64,000 nucleotides of DNA, taken from an uncultured Acidimicrobiales bacterium (GTDB taxonomy: Bacteria > Actinomycetota > Acidimicrobiia > Acidimicrobiales > SHLQ01). Made by a program: the position numbers and the translations under genes. The DNA is taken from positions 56,882-120,881 of the forward strand of contig CALGZB010000170.1 of the NCBI GenBank assembly GCA_937934655.1. The letters run 5' to 3'. Positions 37,133 to 47,954 of this stretch are shown here, piece by piece. Positions within the stretch are counted from its first letter, which is position 1; each line of letters opens with the position of its first letter. The notes below the pieces were generated by a model. The model had not been told where the DNA came from, made no database searches, and saw only the letters and a program-made list of their open reading frames with translations.

Positions 37133-38128
37133 ATGACTGAGAACACGAATCTAATCCCAGATCGAAACTTGGCGCTCGAGCTGGTTCGTGTAACCGAGGC
37201 TGCAGCGATGGCGGCAGCTCGTTGGATGGGACGCGGCGACAAACTCGCTGCCGATGGAGCAGCAGTCGACGCGATGCGTCTCATGCTTCAGAGCGTCAAC
37301 ATGGAAGGTCTCGTCGTCATCGGCGAAGGCGAGAAGGACGAAGCTCCGATGTTGTACAACGGAGAGATCGTCGGAAACGGCGCACAACCCCAGACCGACG
37401 TGGCCGTCGATCCCATCGACGGAACCACTCTCACCGCCTTGGGCCGCGAGGGCGCCGTCGCTGTCATCGCTGTCTCTCCACGCGGCACCATGTACGACCC
37501 CGGCCCCTGCGTCTACATGGAGAAGATCGCTACCGGCGCCGAGTGCGCCGATGTCATCGACATCACCAAATCCGCTACCGAGAACCTCGAAGCCATCGCT
37601 GAACGCAAGAAAGAGGATGTCCGCAACGTCACTGCCGTCATCCTCGACCGCGACCGCCACGAAGAACTCATCGACGAGGTCCGCGAAGCCGGAGCCCGAG
37701 TTCGACTCATCGCCGACGGCGACGTAGCCGGCGCAATCGCTACCGCAATGCCGAACTCCGGCGTAGACATTCTGTTCGGTATCGGTGGAACACCCGAGGG
37801 TGTCATCACCGCAGCAGCACTAAAGAGCATGGGCGGCGGCATGCAGGGCAAGCTTTGGCCTCGTAACAACACCGAACGCGATGAAGCGGTCGCTGGCGGC
37901 TGGGACCTCGATGAGATTCTCACCATCGAACGCCTTTCCGGCAGCGAAGACTGTTTCTTCGCTGCAACCGGCATCACCGATGGCGACCTCCTTCGCGGCG
38001 TTCACTACGACGGCGGCGGCTGCAGCACACAGTCGTTGGTGATGCGTTCCCGTTCGGGAACCGTTCGCCTCATCAACGCGCAGCATCAGATCGACAAGAT
38101 CAACACCTACGCCAGCGTCGACTACTAA
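37133..38128 (+). CDS. glpX: class II fructose-1,6-bisphosphatase
   Basis: The ORF track ORF 36716-38128 has an implausible Arg-rich extension. The ATG at 37133 gives [37 protein letters not shown]. Also [11 protein letters not shown] and VDPIDGTT. Confidence 0.95.
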   Translation: MTENTNLIPDRNLALELVRVTEAAAMAAARWMGRGDKLAADGAAVDAMRLMLQSVNMEGLVVIGEGEKDEAPMLYNGEIVGNGAQPQTDVAVDPIDGTTLTALGREGAVAVIAVSPRGTMYDPGPCVYMEKIATGAECADVIDITKSATENLEAIAERKKEDVRNVTAVILDRDRHEELIDEVREAGARVRLIADGDVAGAIATAMPNSGVDILFGIGGTPEGVITAAALKSMGGGMQGKLWPRNNTERDEAVAGGWDLDEILTIERLSGSEDCFFAATGITDGDLLRGVHYDGGGCSTQSLVMRSRSGTVRLINAQHQIDKINTYASVDY

Positions 38129-38247
38129 GCGTCCGGGAAGCCGCAAACCGGCCAAACCCCGACGAGACCCTCGCCACGCTGCGTGGCATTTTGTCCCCTT
38201 TCGTGGTACTCCTAGTGGTTTAGGAATGTTCGCTGTTCAACGCGAGC

Positions 38248-39294
38248 ATGCGGAGGACACGGGTGAACAACGCGGACGGGACTACTCCCGGCGGCCACGG
38301 GGCGCAAGATGACGGCTGGGTTCAGCCGTTCCGCGTCTTTTTTGATCGGGCGTTCGAGCACTCGTTTTCCGAAGCCAAAGATCTTTGCAACGGCGACGAA
38401 TCCATGGCCGCCCAACTGTGTGCCCAAGCGTTTGGGCGAGCGTACGCACGCTGGGCCCTTCTCGGGCGGATCGGCGACGCGCAGGCGTTCATCGATCGCC
38501 GGCTCCGGCGAGGAGCACGCAGCCTTCCCGACGCTCCACCACTTCGTGAGGCTGGGGTTGGATACAAACCCTGGGTTTACGTCACCGCCACCGAATCGGG
38601 GACATCTCGAAAACAAGCCCGATTGTTCCTCAGTGGAGCAGTCGCGACGATGTGTGCATTCCTCTTCACTATGAGCGCCTTCACCAGCGCCCCGAACAAG
38701 AACGATGTAAGCATTAGCGGCGAAACCCCTCGGACCACCACAACGTCCGGCGTCCAATCCACGCCGACATCACCCACGAGCTCGCTGGTGATTGAGGCCG
38801 GTCAAGATACGTCGTCTCCAAACGACGGGAGCAAATCTGACGACGATACCGAAGACAGCGACTGGACAGGGTTTACCTTGAACCTCGATGATCTGCCCAA
38901 GTCTCCCAGCGAAATCGGCGCCGCCTCTCCCACGGCACGAACGCCTACAACAGTCCACCCCAGCTCTATTCCGTCGACCTCTTCGACCTCTTCGACCTCT
39001 TCGACAACTTCTACAACTGTTGTTCCCGCAACGACCATTCTCGTAGTTCCTGCGCCCCCCGCAACCATTCCACCGACCACGAGCACCACAACCAGCACGA
39101 CAACCCTGGCGCCGACGACTACTACGTCGACGACAACCACAACTGTGGCTCCGACCACCACATCGACGTCGGTTGCGCCACCCGCTACTGACCGGGATAG
39201 CGAGAGCGAAGAGCGCGAACGCGAACGCGAGGAGCGGGCGACGGAACGCGAGGAACGCAAGCGCGAACGTGAAGAACGCAAGGATTCCGCCTAA
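38248..39294 (+). CDS. membrane protein: sigma-70 region-2-like N-terminus, one TM, Thr/Ser/Pro-rich segment, Glu/Arg-repeat tail
   Basis: 348 aa. N-terminal FRVFFDRAFEHSFSEAKDLCNGDESMAAQLCAQAFGRAYARW resembles ECF sigma region 2; I see no region 4. TM LFLSGAVATMCAFLFTMSAFT. About 110 aa are rich in T/S/P. The tail is SEEREREREERATEREERKREREERK. Confidence 0.65.
   Translation: MRRTRVNNADGTTPGGHGAQDDGWVQPFRVFFDRAFEHSFSEAKDLCNGDESMAAQLCAQAFGRAYARWALLGRIGDAQAFIDRRLRRGARSLPDAPPLREAGVGYKPWVYVTATESGTSRKQARLFLSGAVATMCAFLFTMSAFTSAPNKNDVSISGETPRTTTTSGVQSTPTSPTSSLVIEAGQDTSSPNDGSKSDDDTEDSDWTGFTLNLDDLPKSPSEIGAASPTARTPTTVHPSSIPSTSSTSSTSSTTSTTVVPATTILVVPAPPATIPPTTSTTTSTTTLAPTTTTSTTTTTVAPTTTSTSVAPPATDRDSESEEREREREERATEREERKREREERKDSA
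38974..39000. repeat. 9-bp tandem repeat x3 within the Thr/Ser-rich coding region
   Basis: TCGACCTCT x3, encoding (STS)3. Confidence 0.85.
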
Positions 39295-39356
39295 CCCATC
39301 GCCGTCTCAAGGTTTGGTGCCGACATTCCGACGCCTGGTCAGGTAGACAAAGAGAC

Positions 39357-40163
39357 ATGGATACGTCGAAATATCGGGTGAAGCCCGGCAGCAAGGTCAA
39401 GCTCAGCGATTGGGATCCCAACGACGACGGCGACCTCGATAAAGACGAAGCTCGAGAAGAGACAGCCGGCCTCAACCAGCGCCTAGAGGCACTTCAAGAA
39501 CTTCTCTACGCCGAGGATAAGAACAAGGTCTTGGCCGTACTTCAAGCCACCGACACCGGCGGAAAAGACGGAACGATCCGCCACGTCTTCGACACGCTGA
39601 ACCCGGCCGGTGTAAAGGTCGCGTCCTTTAAGAAACCGACCAGCCAGGAACTGTCGCATGACTACCTTTGGCGGGTGCACGCCCATGCTCCAGCCAATGG
39701 CCAGATTACCATCTTCAACCGGTCGCACTACGAGGATGTCCTCGTCGTGCGGGTGCACAACTATGTTCCCGAAAGCGTTTGGAGCAAGCGCTACCGCCAC
39801 ATTCGCGAATGGGAACAGATGCTCGCCGATGAAGGCACCTCCATCGTCAAGTTCTACCTGCACATCTCCCGAGCGGAACAAAAGGAACGCCTCCAGGCCC
39901 GCCTCGACACTCCCGAGAAGAACTGGAAGTTCGCGAAGGGCGACCTCGACGAGCGCGAACATTGGGACGATTATCAAGAAGCGTTCACCGCGATGCTCGA
40001 GGAGACCAGCACCAAAGACGCCCCCTGGTTCGTGATCCCCGCAAACCGCAAATGGTTCCGAAACCGGTTGATCAGCCAGATTCTGGTCGACACGCTCGAA
40101 GACCTCGACATGTCCTATCCCCCGCCCGAAGAAGGCATTCTCGATCTCGTTATCCCCGACTAG
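39357..40163 (+). CDS. polyphosphate kinase 2 family (polyphosphate:nucleotide phosphotransferase), single-domain
   Basis: 268 aa. Walker A-like QATDTGGKDGTI, then YLWRVHAHAPANGQITIFNRSHYEDVLVVRVH (PPK2 lid/Walker B region). Confidence 0.9.
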   Translation: MDTSKYRVKPGSKVKLSDWDPNDDGDLDKDEAREETAGLNQRLEALQELLYAEDKNKVLAVLQATDTGGKDGTIRHVFDTLNPAGVKVASFKKPTSQELSHDYLWRVHAHAPANGQITIFNRSHYEDVLVVRVHNYVPESVWSKRYRHIREWEQMLADEGTSIVKFYLHISRAEQKERLQARLDTPEKNWKFAKGDLDEREHWDDYQEAFTAMLEETSTKDAPWFVIPANRKWFRNRLISQILVDTLEDLDMSYPPPEEGILDLVIPD

Positions 40164-40168
40164 ATCAC

Positions 40169-40891
40169 GTGTCGATCGCTCTCTTCGGCGCAGCTTTCGC
40201 AATACTCATCGTTGCGTGCTGTGTTCAAAGCTCAATCGGTTTCGGCGCAAACCTTGTAGCGATGCCGCTAGTCATCCAGTTTGCGCCCGAACTCGTTCCA
40301 GGCTCGCTGTTGTTTTCAGGCCTGCTTATGAACCTGCTGATCTTTCGCCGAGACCGTTCCGCGATCGACTTCAAACCGGTCAGAGGAGCCATCGCCGGGC
40401 GGGTTCTCGGAACCGCCTTCGGCATCGCCGCGCTCACGCGGCTTTCCGAAAACCAACTGACACTGGTGATCGCCCTCGGGGTGCTGGCTATGGTCGCGGC
40501 TGCGGCATTCAAGGGGTCACCACCTCGAAGCGTTCGAAATATGCTGGCTGCCGGGACTCTGTCGGGGTTCACCGCCAGCACCGCCGGCATTGGCGGCCCT
40601 CCAGTCGCGATCCTCTTTCAGGACGCGAAAGGGTCCGAGGTGCGCGGCTCGATGGCGAGCTTCTTTCTCGTGGGAACCGTCATCACCCTGGGTGGACTAG
40701 CGATAGCCGACCGGTTTGGCCTGTCCGAAATCGCTTGGGGCGTAGCGCTAATGCCTGCCGCCATTATCGGCTTCGCTCTCAGCGGCCCGATGCTCCCAAT
40801 CGTCGACCGGGGCTACACCCGTCCAGCGATTCTGCTTCTGTCGACCGCATCTGCCCTGGTGCTACTCGCTCGCTGGGCGTTCAACTTCTAG
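40169..40891 (+). CDS. TauE/SafE (TSUP) family anion exporter/permease
   Basis: ORF track gives 39962-40891. The GTG at 40169 (VSIALFGAAFAILIVACCVQSSIGFGANLVAMPLV...) lies 5 nt after the PPK2 stop. Polytopic, with Gly-rich repeats (SIGFGAN, TAGIGGPPVAILF). Confidence 0.8.
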   Translation: MSIALFGAAFAILIVACCVQSSIGFGANLVAMPLVIQFAPELVPGSLLFSGLLMNLLIFRRDRSAIDFKPVRGAIAGRVLGTAFGIAALTRLSENQLTLVIALGVLAMVAAAAFKGSPPRSVRNMLAAGTLSGFTASTAGIGGPPVAILFQDAKGSEVRGSMASFFLVGTVITLGGLAIADRFGLSEIAWGVALMPAAIIGFALSGPMLPIVDRGYTRPAILLLSTASALVLLARWAFNF

Positions 40892-40900
40892 ATCGCCTCG

Positions 40901-41968
40901 CTAGGCGGCGGGCCGCAGCTTGTGGGGAACATCGACGGGACGATCAGCCGCTGGGGTCCAGCCGCTAACCCATTCGTCGCGGCGGCTCCAAACCTCGAAC
41001 CAATAGCGGCCTGAGGTCTTGCGCCCTTTGGTAGCCAAGGCAAGTGCCTCGTAGCCGAGGCCACGTATCCCAGCGCCGGCCTTGAGGCAGGCCATCGCAT
41101 AGGACTGCTTCCAGCCGGTCCACGACTTCTGAACAGCGGTTGCGTCGCCGGTGAGGCGAAGGATGACCTTATGAGCCCGGTTGGGGCTGGATGCGCCGAC
41201 ATAGTGAATGATCTCGGCGTCGGGTGTGATCATCGGGTTGTAGCCGAGTTCACGGGCCCGGCGAGCCAAGTCGGCGTCCTCGCCATACATCCAGAAGTCT
41301 TCGTCGAACCCACCGAGTTCGTCCCAGACCGTTCGAGAAACGAGCTCGAGACAACCGGTGATGTAGCCGACCTCGCGTTCGGTGTCGCGCTCCCACCCCG
41401 GAAGCTCCTCCGGGTTGAATCGCATCGAGTCTTTGAAGGCCGCGGAAAGACCGGTTGCGAAGCACGTAAGGCTCCAGAGGGTGGTTTCACCCCAACATGA
41501 ACCGGGGTCAAGTTGTCCGTGTTCGTTCAGGGTGCGACCGCCGTAGAGTCCGCCGTCTGGGCGACGTTTCGCCAGCTCAAGCAGGGCTTCAAGCGTTCCT
41601 GGCTTCACTTCGGTATCGGGGTTAAGGAGCAGCAGGTACTCGCTGGTCGCCTTGGTCGCTGCGAAGTTCACACCGCGGGCAAATCCAAGGTTCGCTCCGG
41701 TGTCGTAGTACTTCACCTGGGGAAACTCGGCAGCAAGCATCTTTTTTGTGCCGTCTCCGGGATGATTGTCCGCAACGATGATCTCAAGCGATACATCGCC
41801 AGCGTTCTCGAACACGGTGGTCAAACACCGTCGCATGAGATCACGGGTGTTGTAGGCAATCAGCAAAACAGAGATGTCAGTCACAGAGCAGGTATCGGCG
41901 TTGCGCTGCTCGGACCTAAGCCGCGCTCCCAACCATGGGGTGAGTGCCGGTAAGTGACGGCGGCGCAC
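40901..41968 (-). CDS. family 2 glycosyltransferase
   Basis: 355 aa. ISVLLIAYN, IIVADN, LGFARGVN and LLLNPDTEV (DxD-type). Alternative GTG start at 41884. Confidence 0.85.
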   Translation of the reverse strand: MRRRHLPALTPWLGARLRSEQRNADTCSVTDISVLLIAYNTRDLMRRCLTTVFENAGDVSLEIIVADNHPGDGTKKMLAAEFPQVKYYDTGANLGFARGVNFAATKATSEYLLLLNPDTEVKPGTLEALLELAKRRPDGGLYGGRTLNEHGQLDPGSCWGETTLWSLTCFATGLSAAFKDSMRFNPEELPGWERDTEREVGYITGCLELVSRTVWDELGGFDEDFWMYGEDADLARRARELGYNPMITPDAEIIHYVGASSPNRAHKVILRLTGDATAVQKSWTGWKQSYAMACLKAGAGIRGLGYEALALATKGRKTSGRYWFEVWSRRDEWVSGWTPAADRPVDVPHKLRPAA

Positions 41969-41994
41969 CGGTGGTCTTGTTGGCTTTTCAGGCT

Positions 41995-43419
41995 CTACTG
42001 AAGAGCTAGGTGGTTGTTGATGCCGCGGATCTGGTCTTGTGTTCTGTGGTTGACGTACAGCACTGTGGTGTTGCTTGTCGTGCAGATTCGTTCAATGAGT
42101 GCGAGTACCAGCTGACGATTGATGTCGTCGAGGCCCAGACACGGTTCGTCGAGAATCAATAGCGGCGGATGCTTCACCATTGCCCGCGCAATCAACAAGA
42201 GACGCTGTTCGCCAAAGGACAAGCTGTTGAACGGCTCATCGAAGCGTCCGGTCATACCCAGAAGATCGAGCCATTGGTCGGCAATGGCCTTCTGCGCGTC
42301 GGTGCTCTTCCCGTACAGCCCGATGCTGTCGTAGAACCCGGAGATGATCACGTTTCGCAGCCCGATACTGACCCGGTACTCCCACTGAAGTGCCGTCGAG
42401 ACGTATCCGATGTATTGCTTGATTTGCCAGATGCTCTCGCCGGTGCCGCGCTGGAACCCAAAGACCTGGATGTCGTTGACGTAACACTGCGGGTGATCGC
42501 CCGTGATCAACGAAAGCAACCCGGTCTTGCCACTGCCGTTCGGACCGCTCAGCTGCCAATGTTCATTGGCCTCGATCGTCCAGTCGAGGTCTTCGAAGAC
42601 CGTGTTGTCCGTGTAACGAATAGCCGCGCCAGTTAAGCGCACCAGAGGGTCTGCATCGTTGAGACTCGGCAGCTGCGCCGCCGGGTCGCCCGGGGGCAAT
42701 TCGAGATCGGTGGTCTGCAAGTGCAAAAGCTGGCGCACCTCGGCAAACGCACGCTCGTCGTCACGCTTGACCTTGTGGAGCAATCGACCGTCGTCGACGT
42801 AGGCGACATCGGTGATGAAGTCGGGACACTCGTCAAAGCGGTTCAGCACGATCACCATCGGAACGGTTTTCGCCAGATCCCGAAGGTGGGCTTGGAGCCA
42901 CCACAGCGAGTCATGATCAAGCCCATCGAAAGGCTCATCGAGTACCAACAGCTCCGGGTTACTCGTGAAAGCTCGAATGAGCATGACCTTACGACTCTCA
43001 CCCGTCGAGAGCTTGCGAAAGGCCCGGTCCAGAAGCGGCCGCAATCCCAACGCATCGATCAATGTCTCAGCAAGCTCATCGTCCTGGCTCACCGAGTCGA
43101 TGATCTCGGCAACCGGTGTGCCTTCGGAGATAACGTCGAGAATGTCGGCGTCGTCTTTGCGGCGCTCAGCCTCGATGAGTTCCGCTTGTTGCTCGTAAGA
43201 AACGAGGGCCACGCGATCAGGTAAACCCGAGCATGTGCCGGACAGCCGATCTCCAGCTCCAGCAAGCACGGCCGCTAGCGCCGACTTGCCGGAGCCGTTC
43301 GCTCCTGCGATGAGCCAGTGTTCGCCTGGCTGAATTGTCCAGCTGATGTCGTCAAGCTGAAAACGCCCGTCGAAATCAACCGATAGAGCGTCGAGGCACC
43401 ACCGATCTAGGTCACTCAT
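41995..43419 (-). CDS. ModF-like soluble ABC ATPase with two ATP-binding cassettes (no permease gene adjacent)
   Basis: 474 aa. Walker A GANGSGKSA and GPNGSGKTG, signature LSTGESRK and LSFGEQRL, Walker B LLVLDEP and LLILDEP. The block ITGDHPQCYVNDIQVFGFQRGTGESIWQIKQYIGYVS resembles E. coli ModF as I recall it. Confidence 0.8.
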   Translation of the reverse strand: MSDLDRWCLDALSVDFDGRFQLDDISWTIQPGEHWLIAGANGSGKSALAAVLAGAGDRLSGTCSGLPDRVALVSYEQQAELIEAERRKDDADILDVISEGTPVAEIIDSVSQDDELAETLIDALGLRPLLDRAFRKLSTGESRKVMLIRAFTSNPELLVLDEPFDGLDHDSLWWLQAHLRDLAKTVPMVIVLNRFDECPDFITDVAYVDDGRLLHKVKRDDERAFAEVRQLLHLQTTDLELPPGDPAAQLPSLNDADPLVRLTGAAIRYTDNTVFEDLDWTIEANEHWQLSGPNGSGKTGLLSLITGDHPQCYVNDIQVFGFQRGTGESIWQIKQYIGYVSTALQWEYRVSIGLRNVIISGFYDSIGLYGKSTDAQKAIADQWLDLLGMTGRFDEPFNSLSFGEQRLLLIARAMVKHPPLLILDEPCLGLDDINRQLVLALIERICTTSNTTVLYVNHRTQDQIRGINNHLALQ

Positions 43420-43447
43420 CGGTGCGTTACTCCGGCTGGAAACGAGA

Positions 43448-44920
43448 TCAGATGATCCGCTTCATGTCAGCCATGTAGCCGCGCAACTCGGCGCCGATCA
43501 CTTCGACGGGGTGGCTGCGAATGGCTTCATTCACCTCGATCAATCGAGCATTGTCCACGCCGGTATCGGCGAACTCAAGGCCCTTGCCGATGACATCGGT
43601 CTTGATGTCTTTCATGAAGTCGCCCAGCAAGGGCACGCACGCATGGTTGTACAGGTAGCAGCCGTACTCGGCGGTGTCTGAGATCGTTGCGTTCATCTCG
43701 TAGAGCTTCTTGCGAGCGATTGTGTTTGCGATGAGCGGCGTCTCATGGAGCGACTCGTAGTACGCCGAGTCGGCGATGATGCCGGCGTCGGTCATCGTTT
43801 CGAATGCGAGCTCGACGCCGGCCTTGACCATGGCGACCATGAGGATGCCGTTGTCGAAGTACTCCTGCTCGGAGATCTCAACATCGCCTGCTTCGGTCTT
43901 TTCGAAAGCGGTCTCGGCGGTATCTGCGCGCCAGCCGAGGAGCTTCGCGTCGTCGTTGGCCCAGTCATCCATCATTCCGGACGAGAAGGCGCCGGTCATG
44001 ATGTCGTCCTGGTGCTTCTGGTAGAGCGGACCCATGATGTCCTTCATCTCTTCTGCGAGATCGAAGGCCCGGATCTTGGCCGGGTTCGACAGGCGATCCA
44101 TCATGTTGGTGACGCCGCCGTACTTGAGTGCTTCGGTGACGGTTTCCCATCCGTACTGGATCAGCTTCGAGGCGTAGCCGGCGTCGATACCTTCTTCGAT
44201 CATCTTGTCGAAGCAAAGAAGCGAACCGGTCTGCAGCATGCCGCACAAGATGGTCTGCTCACCCATGAGGTCGGACTTGACCTCGGCAACGAACGACGAC
44301 ATCAACACGCCAGCCTTATGGCCACCGGTGCCGACGGCGTAGGCCTTGGCCAGGGCAAGTCCTTCGCCGTTCGGGTCGTTGTCTTCATGGACGGCGATCA
44401 GGGTTGGCACGCCGAAGCCGCGAACGTACTCGGCGCGGACTTCTGAGCCCGGGCACTTGGGGGCGACCATGATGACGGTGATGTCATCGCGGATCTGCAT
44501 GCCCTCCTCGACGATGTTGAAGCCGTGCGAGTACGACAAACATGCGCCGTGTTTCATCATCGGCATAATGGTGTTGACCACATTGGTGTGCTGCTTGTCC
44601 GGCGTGAGGTTCAAGACCACGTCGGCGGTGGGCAGCAGCTCCTCGTAGGTGCCGACGGTGAAACCGTTCTCGGTTGCGTTCTTCCATGACTGGCGCTTCT
44701 CATCGATGGCCGCAGCGCGAAGTGTGTAGGACACATCAAGACCGCTGTCTCGCAGATTCAAGCCCTGGTTCAGCCCTTGGGCACCGCAGCCAATGATGAC
44801 GAGCTTTTTGCCCTTGAGTGCATCGACACCCTCGGTGAATTCGTCTAGGTGCATAAAGCGGCATTTTGCGAGCTCCGCCAGTTGCAAGCGAAGCGGCAGC
44901 GTGTTGAAGTAATTGGCCAT
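43448..44920 (-). CDS. ilvC: ketol-acid reductoisomerase, long class II form
   Basis: 490 aa. N-terminus [23 protein letters not shown] is nearly that of E. coli IlvC ([23 protein letters not shown], from memory). [12 protein letters not shown] Rossmann loop and a duplicated knotted C-terminal domain. Confidence 0.96.
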   Translation of the reverse strand: MANYFNTLPLRLQLAELAKCRFMHLDEFTEGVDALKGKKLVIIGCGAQGLNQGLNLRDSGLDVSYTLRAAAIDEKRQSWKNATENGFTVGTYEELLPTADVVLNLTPDKQHTNVVNTIMPMMKHGACLSYSHGFNIVEEGMQIRDDITVIMVAPKCPGSEVRAEYVRGFGVPTLIAVHEDNDPNGEGLALAKAYAVGTGGHKAGVLMSSFVAEVKSDLMGEQTILCGMLQTGSLLCFDKMIEEGIDAGYASKLIQYGWETVTEALKYGGVTNMMDRLSNPAKIRAFDLAEEMKDIMGPLYQKHQDDIMTGAFSSGMMDDWANDDAKLLGWRADTAETAFEKTEAGDVEISEQEYFDNGILMVAMVKAGVELAFETMTDAGIIADSAYYESLHETPLIANTIARKKLYEMNATISDTAEYGCYLYNHACVPLLGDFMKDIKTDVIGKGLEFADTGVDNARLIEVNEAIRSHPVEVIGAELRGYMADMKRII

Positions 44921-44996
44921 AGGAGTGCTCTCGATCAGAAGTGATTCGGGTGAACTCTACTCGCGCAAGAGTGTTTCGTAAATTGACATAAACGCA

Positions 44997-45017
44997 ACGT
45001 GGTGTCCCACATCACGC
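44997..45017. promoter_or_regulatory. imperfect palindrome in the ilvY-ilvC divergent region (candidate IlvY/LysR operator)
   Basis: ACGTGGTGT-CCC-ACATCACGC (7/9 arm match), flanked by a direct ACGCAA repeat about 21 bp apart. Confidence 0.3.
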
Positions 45018-45048
45018 AATACCAGGCCGCATGGTGCATACTCAGGTA

Positions 45049-45945
45049 ATGAACGTCAGAACACTCGGACACTTCCTCCTGTTGTGCGAAGACTTGAACT
45101 TTGGCCGCGCCAGCCGTCGGGCAAACATCAGCACGTCGGCGCTCTCGCGCAACATCCGTCAACTCGAAACCGAGCTCGATGCAACGCTCTTCGACCGCGA
45201 CAATCGCACGGTCGAGCTCACACCGGATGGCCACAAGTTCCAGCGATATGCGCGTGACGCCGTGCAGCAGTGGGATCAGATCCGTCACGAGCTGACCGAC
45301 CCAGCCGATCACCTTCACGGCGAAGTGAGCCTCTACTGCTCGGTCACGGCCAGCCATAGCATTCTGGTCGACTTACTCAACCGCTTTCGACCAGCTCATC
45401 CCGAGGTTGAGATACGGCTCCAGACCGGCGACCCACAGCACGCAATCGATCATGTGTTGGCGTTGGAGGAAGAGTTGGCCATCGCGGCTCGGCCAGACAA
45501 GCTGCCACCGGGCGTCATTTTCGCACCCATCCTCGTGTCCCCGCTGGTCTTCATTGCTCCGGTTGAATCGGCAGATCTGAGCCTTACCCAGCTTCCGTCC
45601 AACGAACCAGAGAACAGCGCAGCCTGGCAGCAGATCCCAATGATTCTTGCCACCAGCGGCATCGCCCGGAAACGTGTCGATGTGTGGTTCCGGGACCGCG
45701 GCGTCACACCAAAGATCTACGCACAGGTCGCCGGCAACGAGGCCATCGTCAGCATGGTCAGCCTAGGACTCGGTGTCGGAGTCGTACCCAAGATCGTTCT
45801 CGACAACAGCCCACAGGCTGCGCGGGTTCATGTGCTCGACGTCGACCAGGCGTTAGCCCCCTATGACCTCGGACTCGTCACACTGCAGCGCCACCTAAAG
45901 AACCCTCTGGTCAGCGCATTCTGGTCGCTGCTGGCGAGCGACTAG
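45049..45945 (+). CDS. ilvY: LysR-family transcriptional regulator, IlvY-like, divergent from ilvC
   Basis: ORF track gives 45031-45945. The ATG at 45049 gives MNVRTLGHFLLLCEDLNFGRASRRANISTSALSRNIRQLE, a LysR wHTH. The divergent ilvY/ilvC arrangement matches enterobacteria. Confidence 0.85.
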   Translation: MNVRTLGHFLLLCEDLNFGRASRRANISTSALSRNIRQLETELDATLFDRDNRTVELTPDGHKFQRYARDAVQQWDQIRHELTDPADHLHGEVSLYCSVTASHSILVDLLNRFRPAHPEVEIRLQTGDPQHAIDHVLALEEELAIAARPDKLPPGVIFAPILVSPLVFIAPVESADLSLTQLPSNEPENSAAWQQIPMILATSGIARKRVDVWFRDRGVTPKIYAQVAGNEAIVSMVSLGLGVGVVPKIVLDNSPQAARVHVLDVDQALAPYDLGLVTLQRHLKNPLVSAFWSLLASD

Positions 45946-45962
45946 AAGAGAACGGAAAACGG

Positions 45963-45996
45963 ACCGTGCCGACGCTCCAAAGAGCGCCGGCACGGT
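45963..45996. terminator. hairpin between the convergent ilvY and atpC genes (weak bidirectional terminator candidate)
   Basis: ACCGTGCCG...CGGCACGGT, a 9-bp stem with a loop of about 16 nt. No clear U-tract. Confidence 0.3.
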
Positions 45997-46031
45997 GTTC
46001 CCGATACTTAGCAAAGGGGTACTTGCGCGTA

Positions 46032-46430
46032 TTAGTGCGATGCTTCGCCGGTTGCTACGGCAATACGAGCGTTGGCCCGCTTGAGTGCGCCAATAGCTTC
46101 GACATCGGTGTCATCAGCCGCCACCGCAGCCGAAGCCTTGGACTGTGCGGCACGAGCCCGATCGACGTCGATTTCGTCTTTGGACTCGGAAACATCGGAC
46201 AAGATCGTGACCTTGTCATTGGCCATCTGGATAAAGCCTGAGTGCACGGCGAACTCGTCGGAACCATCGGTTCCGATCACCTTTGCCGACCAAACCTCGA
46301 GCACGCCGATAAACGGCACATGCCCGGCCTGGAACGCAATATCGCCGCCGCCCACGGTCCGGGCGACAACCATAGTGGCTTCGCCCGAATACGTGATGGC
46401 TTCTGGTGAAACGACTTCGACCTGGAGCAT
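46032..46430 (-). CDS. atpC: F1 ATP synthase subunit epsilon
   Basis: 132 aa. MLQVEVVSPEAITYSGEATMVVARTVGGGDIAFQAGHVP. Last gene of the atp operon. Confidence 0.95.
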   Translation of the reverse strand: MLQVEVVSPEAITYSGEATMVVARTVGGGDIAFQAGHVPFIGVLEVWSAKVIGTDGSDEFAVHSGFIQMANDKVTILSDVSESKDEIDVDRARAAQSKASAAVAADDTDVEAIGALKRANARIAVATGEASH

Positions 46431-46433
46431 TGG

Positions 46434-47954
<1,521 letters not shown>

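Noticed and set aside
38802-39281. Minus-strand ORF encoding poly-Val/Gly stretches
   Set aside because: It is the reverse-complement shadow of the Thr-rich (ACC/ACG/ACA) tract of the plus-strand gene.
41995-45945. A compositional (low-GC) argument for horizontal transfer of the ilvYC-modF block
   Set aside because: Hand counts of single 60-nt lines ranged from about 52% to 70% GC both inside and outside the block. That is too noisy to support a claim, so the HGT suggestion rests on protein-family type only.
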